A stretch of 27,287 nucleotides of DNA from Armatimonadota bacterium (lineage in GTDB: Bacteria > Armatimonadota > Armatimonadia > Armatimonadales > Armatimonadaceae). Below, one piece after another: positions 1 to 8,657 of this stretch; within the stretch, counting starts at the first letter, position 1; the number at the start of each line of letters is the position of its first letter. The notes beneath the pieces are model-generated. The model had not been told where the DNA came from and ran no database searches. It was given only the letters and a program-made list of their open reading frames with translations. The translations under genes and the position numbers were made by a program. Location of the stretch: the NCBI GenBank assembly GCA_043754515.1, contig JAYUUO010000232.1:1-27287 (forward strand), written 5' to 3'.

Positions 1-1424
1 ATGTCGCTAGCGAGAATGACAAAAAGGTCTCGAAGGGTGTTCTCGCGGCGGACGGCAAGTCGTACGTGTGGACTGATATTTCCGGGGCACTAGCAACCGA
101 CAGTTTCTGGGGGCAGGGGTTCTATGACTTTTACCTCACAACCGTGCCGCTTGTCGTGGGCGGCACTCCAGGTGAGATGCTCTATTTCGGTCGGCTCGGG
201 ATCAACTCCTCTGTGAACGGTGGTTCCACTTGGACGGATGTCACCAATACTTACTCGGGCAAAGATGAGGTGCATACCGATCAACATAGCCTGACATTCT
301 ATCCGGGTGACCCCACCCGAATGCTCTCTGGGAATGACGGTGGGATCTACGGAATGAACTACGACTCCGCTAAGGGTACCCACACGTTTGTCACCGACCT
401 GAACAAGACGCTGGGTAACACCCAGCTCTACACGGCGGACTGGTCGCCGACGAACTCGCGTTTGATGATCACGGCGGCTCAGGATAACTCCAACCCGGCC
501 GCCTTAAACTACTTGGATACCTGGCTCCAAACCGGTGCTGGTGACGGGATGAACGCCCTGATCAACCCAACTCGCCAGGACATCATGTATGTTTCGTCCC
601 AATTCCAGGGTATCACTCGCTCCACGGTGGGACTCCGCGGCAACGTGCGTGACTATATTGTCCCGGCTGTTTACCCGGATCTCAAGCCGCTATGGGATCA
701 AGAAGTTCATCCCTTCGTTGGCAAGACCGCGATGGACTCAACGTATCCGCACCCTTTGTATCTGGGGACGAACTACATGTGGCGTTGGAACGAGCCGAGC
801 CAATCCTGGGACGCGCGTGTCGGCGGCGTTGAGTTCGCGGACGGCACCAAAGGTGGCTACGTGCTCGCGATGGCGGTCGCGCCCTCCGATCCGAAGCGCA
901 TCTACGTCGGTACCAGTGATGCCCGCTTCTGGATGAGCAAGGACAAGGGCGCGACCTGGACTAAACTCTCCGATGGGAAGGCCGACTCGTCCAAGCTACC
1001 GAACCGTGCGATCACGGGGTTCAGTATCAACCCGACGAAGCCGGATGACGTGCTCGTGACCCTGAGTGGAACCGGCGTGGCGCAGGTCTTCCGCGTGACT
1101 GCCGCCGGAACCTCGCCCGTGTTCACCGCGCTCGCCGGTAGCGGCACCACCGGGAAGCTACCCGACATAAGCGCGAACTGCATTGAGCGTAACCCGGTCC
1201 GGCCCGACACTGACTTCTTCGTCGGCACCGACCTCGGTCTGTTTTACACGTCGGACGGCGGCACCAACTGGCAGAACGCGACGGCACCGCTCGGCTTGCC
1301 GAATACCGAGGTGACCGCGATCAAGGCGACGCCGCGCACGGGGTTCCTGAACCTCTCGACGTTCGGGCGTGGACTGTGGCGGCTGTCCATCGGGAAACTG
1401 CTTGCACAGCAGACCGCGAACTGA
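1..1424 (+). CDS. 5'-truncated BNR/Asp-box beta-propeller protein (sialidase/VPS10/WD40-YVTN-like, putative glycosyl hydrolase)
   Basis: Frame is open from position 3, so the gene starts upstream of the window. Asp-box repeats SVNGGSTW, SKDKGATW, TSDGGTNW; VHTDQH, GNDGGIY and QDN motifs; C-terminal STFGRGLW. Confidence 0.8.
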   Translation, partial: VASENDKKVSKGVLAADGKSYVWTDISGALATDSFWGQGFYDFYLTTVPLVVGGTPGEMLYFGRLGINSSVNGGSTWTDVTNTYSGKDEVHTDQHSLTFYPGDPTRMLSGNDGGIYGMNYDSAKGTHTFVTDLNKTLGNTQLYTADWSPTNSRLMITAAQDNSNPAALNYLDTWLQTGAGDGMNALINPTRQDIMYVSSQFQGITRSTVGLRGNVRDYIVPAVYPDLKPLWDQEVHPFVGKTAMDSTYPHPLYLGTNYMWRWNEPSQSWDARVGGVEFADGTKGGYVLAMAVAPSDPKRIYVGTSDARFWMSKDKGATWTKLSDGKADSSKLPNRAITGFSINPTKPDDVLVTLSGTGVAQVFRVTAAGTSPVFTALAGSGTTGKLPDISANCIERNPVRPDTDFFVGTDLGLFYTSDGGTNWQNATAPLGLPNTEVTAIKATPRTGFLNLSTFGRGLWRLSIGKLLAQQTAN

Positions 1425-1438
1425 TAGGCGGGTAACGG

Positions 1439-1472
1439 AAAAGCGGCGGGGGCTACCCCGCCGCTTTTTTTT
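1439..1472. terminator. Probably bidirectional intrinsic terminator
   Basis: AAAAGCGGCGGGG-GCTA-CCCCGCCGCTTTT is a perfect 13-bp inverted repeat, with a T8 tract on + and an A4 tract on the left, between convergent genes. Confidence 0.85.
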
Positions 1473-2244
1473 GCGCCGCGCGTAAGTGGCTCATTACCGC
1501 GCCGATCTCGCCCGCGAGGTTCGTGAATCGCGCCTCGACCGAGACGCGCCCCGCATAACCGATGCGCCGGAGCAGATCGAACAATGTCGCGTGGTCATAC
1601 TCGCCCTGACCGGGCGGTACCCGGTTCGTGTCCGCCGTGTGGACGTGCGCGAGGAAAGTCGCGTACGTCGCGATTGCCGTGATAGGCTCGTTTTCCCGTT
1701 CCATGTGGTACGTGTCGGCGAGGACGCGGATGCCGGGATGATTCAGAACGGCCACGTACTCCCGAACTGCCTCCGAGACCGTGTTAATGATGTTGCACTC
1801 GGCGGTATTGAGTGGCTCGATGGCGATCACGACGCCAGTCTCGTCGCTCGCCTCGGCGCAGACCGAGAGGAATGACCGGATCTGATCCGCCGCCGTATCG
1901 CGTGGGAAACTGGCCGGTACCCGCCGCGCCCCGCCGCTCCCGAACACGATGAGCGACCCGCTTACATCACGCGCCCGGCGCAGTGCCGTAAAAACATATC
2001 GCCGGATGACTGTCGGATCGGTGACTTCGGACGGCTCCCCGACGAGCCGGAAGTCACCTGGCAGAAATAAGTTGAACGTTTCGAGTGGGAGCGGCGACGT
2101 GAGCAACGCGCTCCGCATCTTTAGCCACGCCGAGTCATCGGCAAGTGGCATTAAAGTACCTACCACGCCGCATTCGATATAATCCGCGCCCGCTTCCGCT
2201 AACATGCGTGCGTCGTCCGGCCCCGCGCATACCCCTATTTTCAT
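1453..2244 (-). CDS. Sugar phosphate isomerase/epimerase, xylose-isomerase-like TIM barrel (D-psicose/tagatose 3-epimerase-like)
   Basis: IEPLN, DTYHM, HVH and SVE metal ligands; VFGSGGAR motif. Start moved to ATG 2244 (MKIGVC), preceded by GGGGGAAG. Confidence 0.85.
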   Translation of the reverse strand: MKIGVCAGPDDARMLAEAGADYIECGVVGTLMPLADDSAWLKMRSALLTSPLPLETFNLFLPGDFRLVGEPSEVTDPTVIRRYVFTALRRARDVSGSLIVFGSGGARRVPASFPRDTAADQIRSFLSVCAEASDETGVVIAIEPLNTAECNIINTVSEAVREYVAVLNHPGIRVLADTYHMERENEPITAIATYATFLAHVHTADTNRVPPGQGEYDHATLFDLLRRIGYAGRVSVEARFTNLAGEIGAVMSHLRAAQKKAAG

Positions 2245-2308
2245 TGTTTCGCTTCCCCCGTTCGACTGTAGCATAATCAACTGGGAGTTACACGGCTTGT
2301 CGAGGAAC

Positions 2309-2400
2309 GCTGGTTGAAACCCAGTCCGACCACGCACCGTCGGTCACGCGGGTTGAAATCCACGTCTATAGGCACTGCGTGCCGGACGTCCTTCGGACGA
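2309..2400. repeat. REP-like palindromic element with two GGTTGAAA(C/T)CC cores and small hairpins
   Basis: ctggttgaaacccag at 2310-2324 and gcgggttgaaatccacg at 2348-2364, followed by hairpins ggcac-tgc-gtgcc and cgtcc-ttc-ggacg. Confidence 0.5.
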
Positions 2401-2451
2401 GGAAGGCTGAGAACCTGAGACCTCGAACCGCATGAATATAATGGGTATAGG

Positions 2452-2481
2452 TTGTCGAAGCATAGTGCGCTTTGATACACT
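2452..2481 (+). promoter_or_regulatory. Sigma70-type promoter, probably leaderless, for the DinB gene
   Basis: TTGTCG-N18-TACACT with extended TGn; ATG follows after a 6-nt spacer; no SD. Confidence 0.6.
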
Positions 2482-2487
2482 GTTTTC

Positions 2488-2967
2488 ATGTTCGCCCCGT
2501 ACATAAAACGCTACCTGATCTCCTCGCTGGAGGGCACGCCGTCGGTGCTGTCTGCTCTGGTCGCCGACATCGCCGCCGACTCAACCGTTTGGGACGCCCG
2601 CCCGGATCCCGACCGTTTCACGCTCCGCGAGATGATCGCGCATCTCGCCGATTGGGAGCCGGTCTGCCGCGCCCGCATCGAGCGTACCCGCGCCGAGGAG
2701 AGACCGTTCTTGCCGAACTGGGATGAGGAGCAAGCCTCGGTTATCGGCGACTACGCGCACACGAACCCGCACGAAGCCCTGCTCTGGTTTATGGAGCGTC
2801 GCGCCGCGACCGCCGTGCTACTCTCCTCCCTGAGCGACGAAGAGTGGCACCGGGTCGCCGAGCGCGAGAATGTCGGCGAGCTTTCTATCGTGGAGCAGGC
2901 GAATAACATCCTCGCGCATGACGGCTACCACTTGCGGCAATGTGTCGAGTGGAAGTCGGCCCGGTAA
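2488..2967 (+). CDS. DinB/YfiT-like family protein (DinB_2)
   Basis: RP...FTLREMIAHLADWE and HDGYH metal-binding His motifs; 159 aa. Confidence 0.85.
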   Translation: MFAPYIKRYLISSLEGTPSVLSALVADIAADSTVWDARPDPDRFTLREMIAHLADWEPVCRARIERTRAEERPFLPNWDEEQASVIGDYAHTNPHEALLWFMERRAATAVLLSSLSDEEWHRVAERENVGELSIVEQANNILAHDGYHLRQCVEWKSAR

Positions 2968-2988
2968 ATCCGCCCGAAAGTTACGACT

Positions 2989-3642
2989 ATGAACATCGTT
3001 TTAGCCGCCGTGGGGGAGCCGCTCGCGGCGGTGTGGGACCATTACTGCGGCGACCTGCCGTTCGTGACGGTGCATCGCGGCTCGATCTTCGACGTCGCGT
3101 GCGACGCCGTGGTCTCGCCCGCCAACTCCTTCGGCTTCATGGACGGCGGCATTGACCTGCTGTACTCCCGGTTCTTCGGCTGGAGTATCGAGGCGAGCGT
3201 GCAAACGGCGGTTCGTGAGCGGCATCACGGCGAGTTGCTCGTCGGTTCGGCGGATATCGTTGAGACGGGGCATGAGGCGATTCCTTATCTAATCGCGGCA
3301 CCGACAATGCGAGTCCCGATGATTCTGCGTGACTCGGTGAACCCCTTCCTAGCCACCCGCGCGGTGCTACTACTCATAAAACACGGTGTTTTCGCGGATG
3401 GCAAACGCGCGGGGCAACCGATCTCGGAGGCGGTAAATACCGTGGCGATTCCTGGTTTAGGAACCGGGGTGGGTCAGATAGGACCGAACCTCTGTGCCTT
3501 CCAAGTTCGCGAAGCCATTGAGGTGGTGCTACTCGACAACGTACCATTCCCGGCTACCTGGCCTCAGTCTCAGAACCGGCACCTCGCTCTCCAGAATCTG
3601 CCGCCCCGCGATCTTCAACACCCGAAACCGTCCGCCCAATAA
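2989..3642 (+). CDS. Macro domain protein (ADP-ribose binding / Appr-1''-p processing)
   Basis: DAVVSPANSFGFMDGGID, APTMRVP and PGLGTGVG macrodomain signatures. Confidence 0.9.
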   Translation: MNIVLAAVGEPLAAVWDHYCGDLPFVTVHRGSIFDVACDAVVSPANSFGFMDGGIDLLYSRFFGWSIEASVQTAVRERHHGELLVGSADIVETGHEAIPYLIAAPTMRVPMILRDSVNPFLATRAVLLLIKHGVFADGKRAGQPISEAVNTVAIPGLGTGVGQIGPNLCAFQVREAIEVVLLDNVPFPATWPQSQNRHLALQNLPPRDLQHPKPSAQ

Positions 3643-3651
3643 ACACTTTGC

Positions 3652-3680
3652 TTGACAAAGCGAACGGTCCATCGTACCAT
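3652..3680 (+). promoter_or_regulatory. Sigma70 promoter for murJ
   Basis: TTGACA (3652-3657)-N17-TACCAT (3675-3680); ATG follows after 9 nt. Confidence 0.7.
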
Positions 3681-3689
3681 AGCCGTCGT

Positions 3690-5321
3690 ATGGCTACCGT
3701 TAACCCGCGTCTCACCTCTCCGTCCGTCCCTGCTGACCCGCCCGCGCTCCGTAACACGAGTGGCGCGGTCGCCCGCGCCGCTGGACTGACTATCGCGCTC
3801 GTGCTCCTGTCGCGCGTGACCGGCGTCCTGCGCGACATGGCTCTGGCGCGGCAGTTCGGGCAGGGCACCGATGTTAGCATGTTCCGCGCCGCCTTCGGCG
3901 TCCCCGACCTGATCGCCCTGGTAATCGCCGGGGGCGCGGTGTCTTCTGTATTCATTCCCATCTTCAGTCAGTATTGGAATGAGAAGCGCGAGGACGAGGC
4001 GTGGAAGGTGTTCGGCTCCGTTCTGTCGCTGGTCGCTGTTATTGTCGCCGTGCTTGTTGTCGGCATGGAGATAGGTGTGGTGCCGCTGATGCACCTACTC
4101 AATCCGAAGTTTACGCCCCCCGCAGTCACGTTCACCGCGAGCCTCACGCGCATCCTACTCCCTGTGCAATGGTGCCTGATGGTCGGTAGTCTCCTGATGG
4201 GGACGCTGTACGCGCGGAAGCAGTTTCTGATTCCCGGCGTCGGCCCGATCCTGTACAACGTCGGGCAGGTTGTCGGCTGTGTGTTCTTCGGCAAGGCGTT
4301 CGGCATCCAGTCCGTCGCCTGGGGCGCGCTGGCGGGGGCGTTCGTCGGTAGCGTGCTGTTGCCGCTTTGGGAGATGGCGCGGGTGGGGGTGCGCTGGCGG
4401 CTGGGCTGGGAACTGTCCCATCCAGGCGTCCAGAAGATGGGGCGGCTGATGGTGCCGATTATTTTAGGTCAGTCGCTCTCGCAACTCAACTTATGGCTCA
4501 CGATGCGGTTCCTGCCAGCCGATGCCCGTATCGCCGCGCTGACGAACGCCTACTACCTGACGCAGGCCCCTATCGGCATATTCGCGCAGGCGTTTGCGAT
4601 CGTGCTTCTGCCGACCATCTCGCTCCTCGCCGCGCAAAAGGAGTGGGGGGCGTACCGCGAGGCGGTCGGGGACGGCTTGCGTCGCGTCTTCTTCCTGACG
4701 ATCCCGGCGTCCGCGATCATGGTCGCGCTGGCGTACCCACTGATCCGTTTGCTTTACGTGCGCGGCGCGTTCACGGAGGCCGATGTCGCGATGCCCGCGA
4801 CCGCGTTGGCCTGTTACTCCCTCGCGACGTTCGCCTGGTCCGGCACTTCCATTCTGGCGCGCGGGTTCCACGCGATGCAGGAGACGCGCACGCCGGTCTA
4901 TGTCACGACGCCGATGGTCGCGCTGTTTATTCTGATCGCCTGGGTTTACCTGCGCGTTGTGCCGAACGGCTACATCGGTCTGGCACTGGGCACCTCATTC
5001 TGCGGCATCGTGTCCATGTTGCTCCTCCTCATTCTTCTGCACAAAAGGGTCGGCGGTTTGAACCTGCGTGGTATCGCCGTCTCGACCGCGAAGATCACTG
5101 TCGCGTCGCTGGTCGCGGCTGGTGTGGCGTGGCTCGCTGACCAACGGCTCGGCGGATTCTTGCCGCGTGGCACGGTCGGCGCGGGACTCGCGGTGGTGCT
5201 GTTCGGCGGTCTCGCCTGCGTGGTGTACGTCCTGATCTGCTACCTGCTCCGCGTTCCGGAACTGCGTACGTTCAAGGAGATGTTCCGCAAGCCGAGGAAC
5301 GCGCCCGCCGCCGAAGAATAA
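3690..5321 (+). CDS. murJ: Lipid II flippase MurJ (MviN)
   Basis: LLSRVTGVLRD..LA..FG, AF.VPD, GG..SSVFIPIFS and LPT.S motifs; many hydrophobic segments. Start moved to ATG 3690, downstream of the promoter. Confidence 0.92.
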   Translation: MATVNPRLTSPSVPADPPALRNTSGAVARAAGLTIALVLLSRVTGVLRDMALARQFGQGTDVSMFRAAFGVPDLIALVIAGGAVSSVFIPIFSQYWNEKREDEAWKVFGSVLSLVAVIVAVLVVGMEIGVVPLMHLLNPKFTPPAVTFTASLTRILLPVQWCLMVGSLLMGTLYARKQFLIPGVGPILYNVGQVVGCVFFGKAFGIQSVAWGALAGAFVGSVLLPLWEMARVGVRWRLGWELSHPGVQKMGRLMVPIILGQSLSQLNLWLTMRFLPADARIAALTNAYYLTQAPIGIFAQAFAIVLLPTISLLAAQKEWGAYREAVGDGLRRVFFLTIPASAIMVALAYPLIRLLYVRGAFTEADVAMPATALACYSLATFAWSGTSILARGFHAMQETRTPVYVTTPMVALFILIAWVYLRVVPNGYIGLALGTSFCGIVSMLLLLILLHKRVGGLNLRGIAVSTAKITVASLVAAGVAWLADQRLGGFLPRGTVGAGLAVVLFGGLACVVYVLICYLLRVPELRTFKEMFRKPRNAPAAEE

Positions 5322-5353
5322 CGGCGTCATGACACGCGGTATACTCGAAGGGA

Positions 5354-6376
5354 GTGATATTCGACAATCCCCGCCTTCCGCTTCCGATGCTCGCCGATAA
5401 CTTCGGGCGGCGCGTCGAGTACCTGCGCATTTCACTGACGGATCGGTGCAATCTGCGGTGCATCTATTGTATGCCCGAGGAAGGGGTTCCGTACGAGGAC
5501 CTGGACAACGTTCTGTCGTTTGACGAGATCGAGCGGGTCGTCCGCGTGCTAGCGGGCGTGGGCTTGAAGAAGATTCGCCTGACGGGGGGCGAACCGCTCG
5601 TCCGCAAAAACGTCCCCGAACTCGCCGCGCATCTGAACCGCATCCCCGGAATCGGCGAGGTGACCCTGACCACAAACGGCATTCTTCTCCCCCGCGACGC
5701 CGCCGCGCTGAAAAACGCCGGGGTGCGGCGCGTGAATATTAGTATGGACACGCTGAAGCCGGAGCGGTTTGCCGAGATCGCGCGGCGGCCTGAGTATGCC
5801 CGTGCCCACGCCGGAATCGAGGCGGCCCTCGCAAATGGCTTCGACCCGATCAAACTTAACTGCGTCGTGATGCGCGGCGTCAACGACGACGAGATGAACG
5901 ACTTCGCGCGCCTGACGGTCGAGACGCCTTTGCACGTCCGCTTCCTGGAGTACATGCCCATCGGAATGGTCACGCCCCCCGCGTGGCGGGCGCGGTATGT
6001 CTCGAACGAGGAGGTACTGACTCGATTGCGCGAGCAGTGGGGCGAACTCGAACCGGTGTCGAGCGACGCCGCTTCCACGTCGCGCACGTTCCGCGTTCCG
6101 GGCGGGCGCGGCACCGTCGGCGTCATCAACCCGATTTCGCACCGCTTCTGCGAGAATTGCAACCGCTTGCGTTTATCCGCGAACGGCAGACTGATTCCGT
6201 GTCTCGCGGACAACTACGAGTACGACCTGATGACGCCGCTACGGAGCGGCTGCTCCGACGCCGGGATCATCGGTCATGTCCAGAATGCGCTGACGCACAA
6301 GCCGGAGCAGTCCGACTTCGAAGGGCGGGTAGCGAAAGGCGGTAGTCTGCGCATCATGGCACAGATCGGCGGGTGA
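5354..6376 (+). CDS. moaA: GTP 3',8-cyclase MoaA (radical SAM, molybdenum cofactor biosynthesis)
   Basis: YLRISLTDRCNLRCIYCMP (CxxxCxxC), LTGGEPL, C-terminal CENCNRLR...C cluster and terminal IGG. Confidence 0.96.
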   Translation: MIFDNPRLPLPMLADNFGRRVEYLRISLTDRCNLRCIYCMPEEGVPYEDLDNVLSFDEIERVVRVLAGVGLKKIRLTGGEPLVRKNVPELAAHLNRIPGIGEVTLTTNGILLPRDAAALKNAGVRRVNISMDTLKPERFAEIARRPEYARAHAGIEAALANGFDPIKLNCVVMRGVNDDEMNDFARLTVETPLHVRFLEYMPIGMVTPPAWRARYVSNEEVLTRLREQWGELEPVSSDAASTSRTFRVPGGRGTVGVINPISHRFCENCNRLRLSANGRLIPCLADNYEYDLMTPLRSGCSDAGIIGHVQNALTHKPEQSDFEGRVAKGGSLRIMAQIGG

Positions 6377-6398
6377 GGAGGAAGGTGAAGCGTTGGCG

Positions 6399-6490
6399 AG
6401 CGGGTTTCGGCCCGCGTAACCACGTGCGCGGGCCGACGCGGGGGGCATGGGGTGCCCCCGCCCATGTGCCAACTCGGGCCGAAACCCGCT
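6399..6490. repeat. 92-bp element bounded by perfect 16-bp inverted repeats (REP/MITE-like)
   Basis: AGCGGGTTTCGGCCCG (6399-6414) and CGGGCCGAAACCCGCT (6475-6490), with internal hairpins. Confidence 0.65.
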
Positions 6491-6563
6491 GGATAATCCA
6501 GGTGAAATCGCTTCAGGTAAAGCGATGCCGTCATAATACGCCCGGTGGTATCATAGTCTCGAA

Positions 6564-8021
6564 ATGAACAGCCTATCACCGGTTTTTACCGCGGAGTTAA
6601 AATCCCTCCTGGGCGAGGATGGTTTGCGCCATTCGCCCGCGCAGAAGGCGGTATACGCTTCCGACGCGTATACGCTCGAAAAGTCGCTCCCCGGCGTGGT
6701 CGCGTTGCCGCGCTCCACGGAGGAGGTTTCCGCCATCCTACGGCTCTGTGCGCGTCATGGCGTGCCGGTCGTGCCGCGCGGGGCGGGTACGGGACTCGCG
6801 GGCGGCTCGACCACGGGGGGGGACGCGCTACTCCTCTGCGTCTCGCGTATGAACCGCATTCTGTCGGTGGATCTCCCGAACCGGCGGCTACGGGCACAGG
6901 CGGGCGCGATCAATATCGCGCTCACGAAGGCGGTCGCGGCGGACGGTTACCAGTTCGCGCCCGACCCGTCCTCCCAGGGCGCGTCTACTATCGGGGGCAA
7001 TATCGCGAACAACGCGGGCGGCCCACACACGCTCAAATACGGCGTGACGGTGAACCACATCCTCGCGCTTCAGATCGTCCTCCCAGGCGGTGAGATCATG
7101 GAACTCTCCACCGACGATCCAGGCTACGACCTAGTCGGCCTGGTGACCGGGTCGGAGGGCACGCTCGCTGTCGTCACGGAAGCCACGGTGAAACTGGTGA
7201 AAACTCCCGAGGCCGTGCGCACGATGCTCGTGGTTTGCCGGACGATTGACGACGCGACGGCGATGATCTCGGCGATCATCGCCGCCGGGATTCTGCCCGC
7301 CGCGCTGGAGATGATTGACCGCACGATCTTGCAGGCGGTCGAGGCGGCGTACAATCTCGGACTGCCGACCGACGCCGAGGCGGTGCTCCTGATCGAGGTG
7401 GATGGGGCGGAGGCGGGTATTGATCGGCAGGCGACCCGTATTACTGGCATCTGCGAGGGTCTGGGCGCGGTGCGCGTCGAGATGGCGCAGGACGACGCCG
7501 AACGCGCGCGGCTCTGGATGGCACGTAAAAAGTCGGTCGGCACGCTGGGGCGGCTCGCGCCTTCCCACGCGACGCAGGATGGCGTGGTACCGCGTACCAA
7601 ATTGCCGCACATCCTGCGCGAGATCGCCGCCATAGGCGCGAAGTACAACCTGCGAATCGCGAACGTTTTCCACGCGGGGGACGGCAACCTGCATCCGATC
7701 GTTCTGTTCGACGAGCGCGACCCCGAAGAAGTGAAACGCGTCCTCGCGGCGGGGGGCGAGATCCTGAAAGCCTGTGTGGACGCGGGCGGCGCGCTCACCG
7801 GCGAACACGGCATCGGGATCGAGAAGCGCGACTTTTTGGACCTGATGTTCTCGCCCGACGATCTGGACATGATGGCGAAGGTGCGCGGCGCGTTCAACCC
7901 GGAAGGGCTATTGAATCCCGGCAAGTTACTACCGTTCGGCGGCAACTGTTGCCCTCATTTACATCGCCCTGACACCGAAGCACTGCTGAACTTAACCCGC
8001 TCTCGGGCGGCGGCGGTGTGA
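6564..8021 (+). CDS. glcD: FAD-linked oxidase, glycolate oxidase subunit GlcD-like
   Basis: PRGAGTGLAGG, FAPDPSS..ASTIGGN..NAGG...LKYGVT, GSEGTL, HAGDGNLH, GEHGIG and LNPGK motifs. Confidence 0.85.
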   Translation: MNSLSPVFTAELKSLLGEDGLRHSPAQKAVYASDAYTLEKSLPGVVALPRSTEEVSAILRLCARHGVPVVPRGAGTGLAGGSTTGGDALLLCVSRMNRILSVDLPNRRLRAQAGAINIALTKAVAADGYQFAPDPSSQGASTIGGNIANNAGGPHTLKYGVTVNHILALQIVLPGGEIMELSTDDPGYDLVGLVTGSEGTLAVVTEATVKLVKTPEAVRTMLVVCRTIDDATAMISAIIAAGILPAALEMIDRTILQAVEAAYNLGLPTDAEAVLLIEVDGAEAGIDRQATRITGICEGLGAVRVEMAQDDAERARLWMARKKSVGTLGRLAPSHATQDGVVPRTKLPHILREIAAIGAKYNLRIANVFHAGDGNLHPIVLFDERDPEEVKRVLAAGGEILKACVDAGGALTGEHGIGIEKRDFLDLMFSPDDLDMMAKVRGAFNPEGLLNPGKLLPFGGNCCPHLHRPDTEALLNLTRSRAAAV

Positions 8022-8096
8022 CTCTTAATCCAGGGAACAAAATATGGCAGACAAACGTAGTCTTAGTAGGTATATTGGACAAGGGAGGTCAGGAGA

Positions 8097-8535
8097 GTGA
8101 TACACGCGGAGTACGAGAAGTTGAGACACCGACTGCTTACGGGTCTTCGGGCGGTCGGGTTGTTCGGAATCGTGGATATCGAAGGGCCAAATCGGCTAGG
8201 GGGTTCGCTTGTGCGATAGCGAACACTGCGTCGCGCTTTCTCTCATGCCTCAGCGCAAAAAATCGGATCAGGACGGGCGTCAGTGGTGGGTTTCCGCCTG
8301 GATACCAGCTTTAGACGGCTACGACCTGATTCTTTCGCCGGAACTCATCTCGGTTCCGAATCGGCGCGAAGTGGTTCTCAAAAAGCCGTTGCCGGGCGAT
8401 GACGCCGTTGTGACTGCCGTACAACTACTCACCGAACTTCGGATACGAAGTGCGTTCGCGCGCGCGGGGGAGACGTTGCGGAGCGAGATCCTCAGATGCG
8501 GCCCACGCGCGTGGATGCGGCTACGACGTCGCTGA
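8097..8535 (+). pseudogene. Hypothetical gene, about 145 aa if repaired, interrupted by a +1 frameshift at the G5 run 8199-8203
   Basis: SD GGAGGT 7 nt before GTG 8097; this frame stops at TAG 8217; the next frame opens after TAG 8197-8199 and runs to 8535. Confidence 0.5.
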
Positions 8536-8608
8536 ACGTGTTCCGCACCGCGCCCAACCGGGCTACTCCCGAACGCGTCCCCACTGACTCCTCGGTCGGT
8601 TAGTGTTC

Positions 8609-8637
8609 GTAGAGGGGCGAATATTTCGCCCCTCTAC
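8609..8637. repeat. GTAG-type REP-like palindrome or terminator hairpin
   Basis: GTAGAGGGGCGAA-TAT-TTCGCCCCTCTAC, perfect 13-bp stem. Confidence 0.65.
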
Positions 8638-8657
8638 CCCGATTTTCTTCATCTGAC

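Noticed and set aside
2309..2370. Possible CRISPR mini-array, because GTTGAAAC resembles repeat ends
   Set aside because: Only two short degenerate copies with a 39-nt period, too short for repeat plus spacer, and no cas genes.
2989..3642. Macro domain as the antitoxin of a DarTG defence system
   Set aside because: No DarT-like toxin is adjacent and the protein lacks the DarG C-terminal domain.
6377..6563. Moco riboswitch or small ORF 6373-6567
   Set aside because: It lies downstream rather than upstream of moaA and shows no recognisable Moco motif; the ORF just translates the palindromic element.
8018..8314. 98-aa ORF as a glcE remnant
   Set aside because: No FAD-binding motifs; the SD-supported reading frame is a different one.
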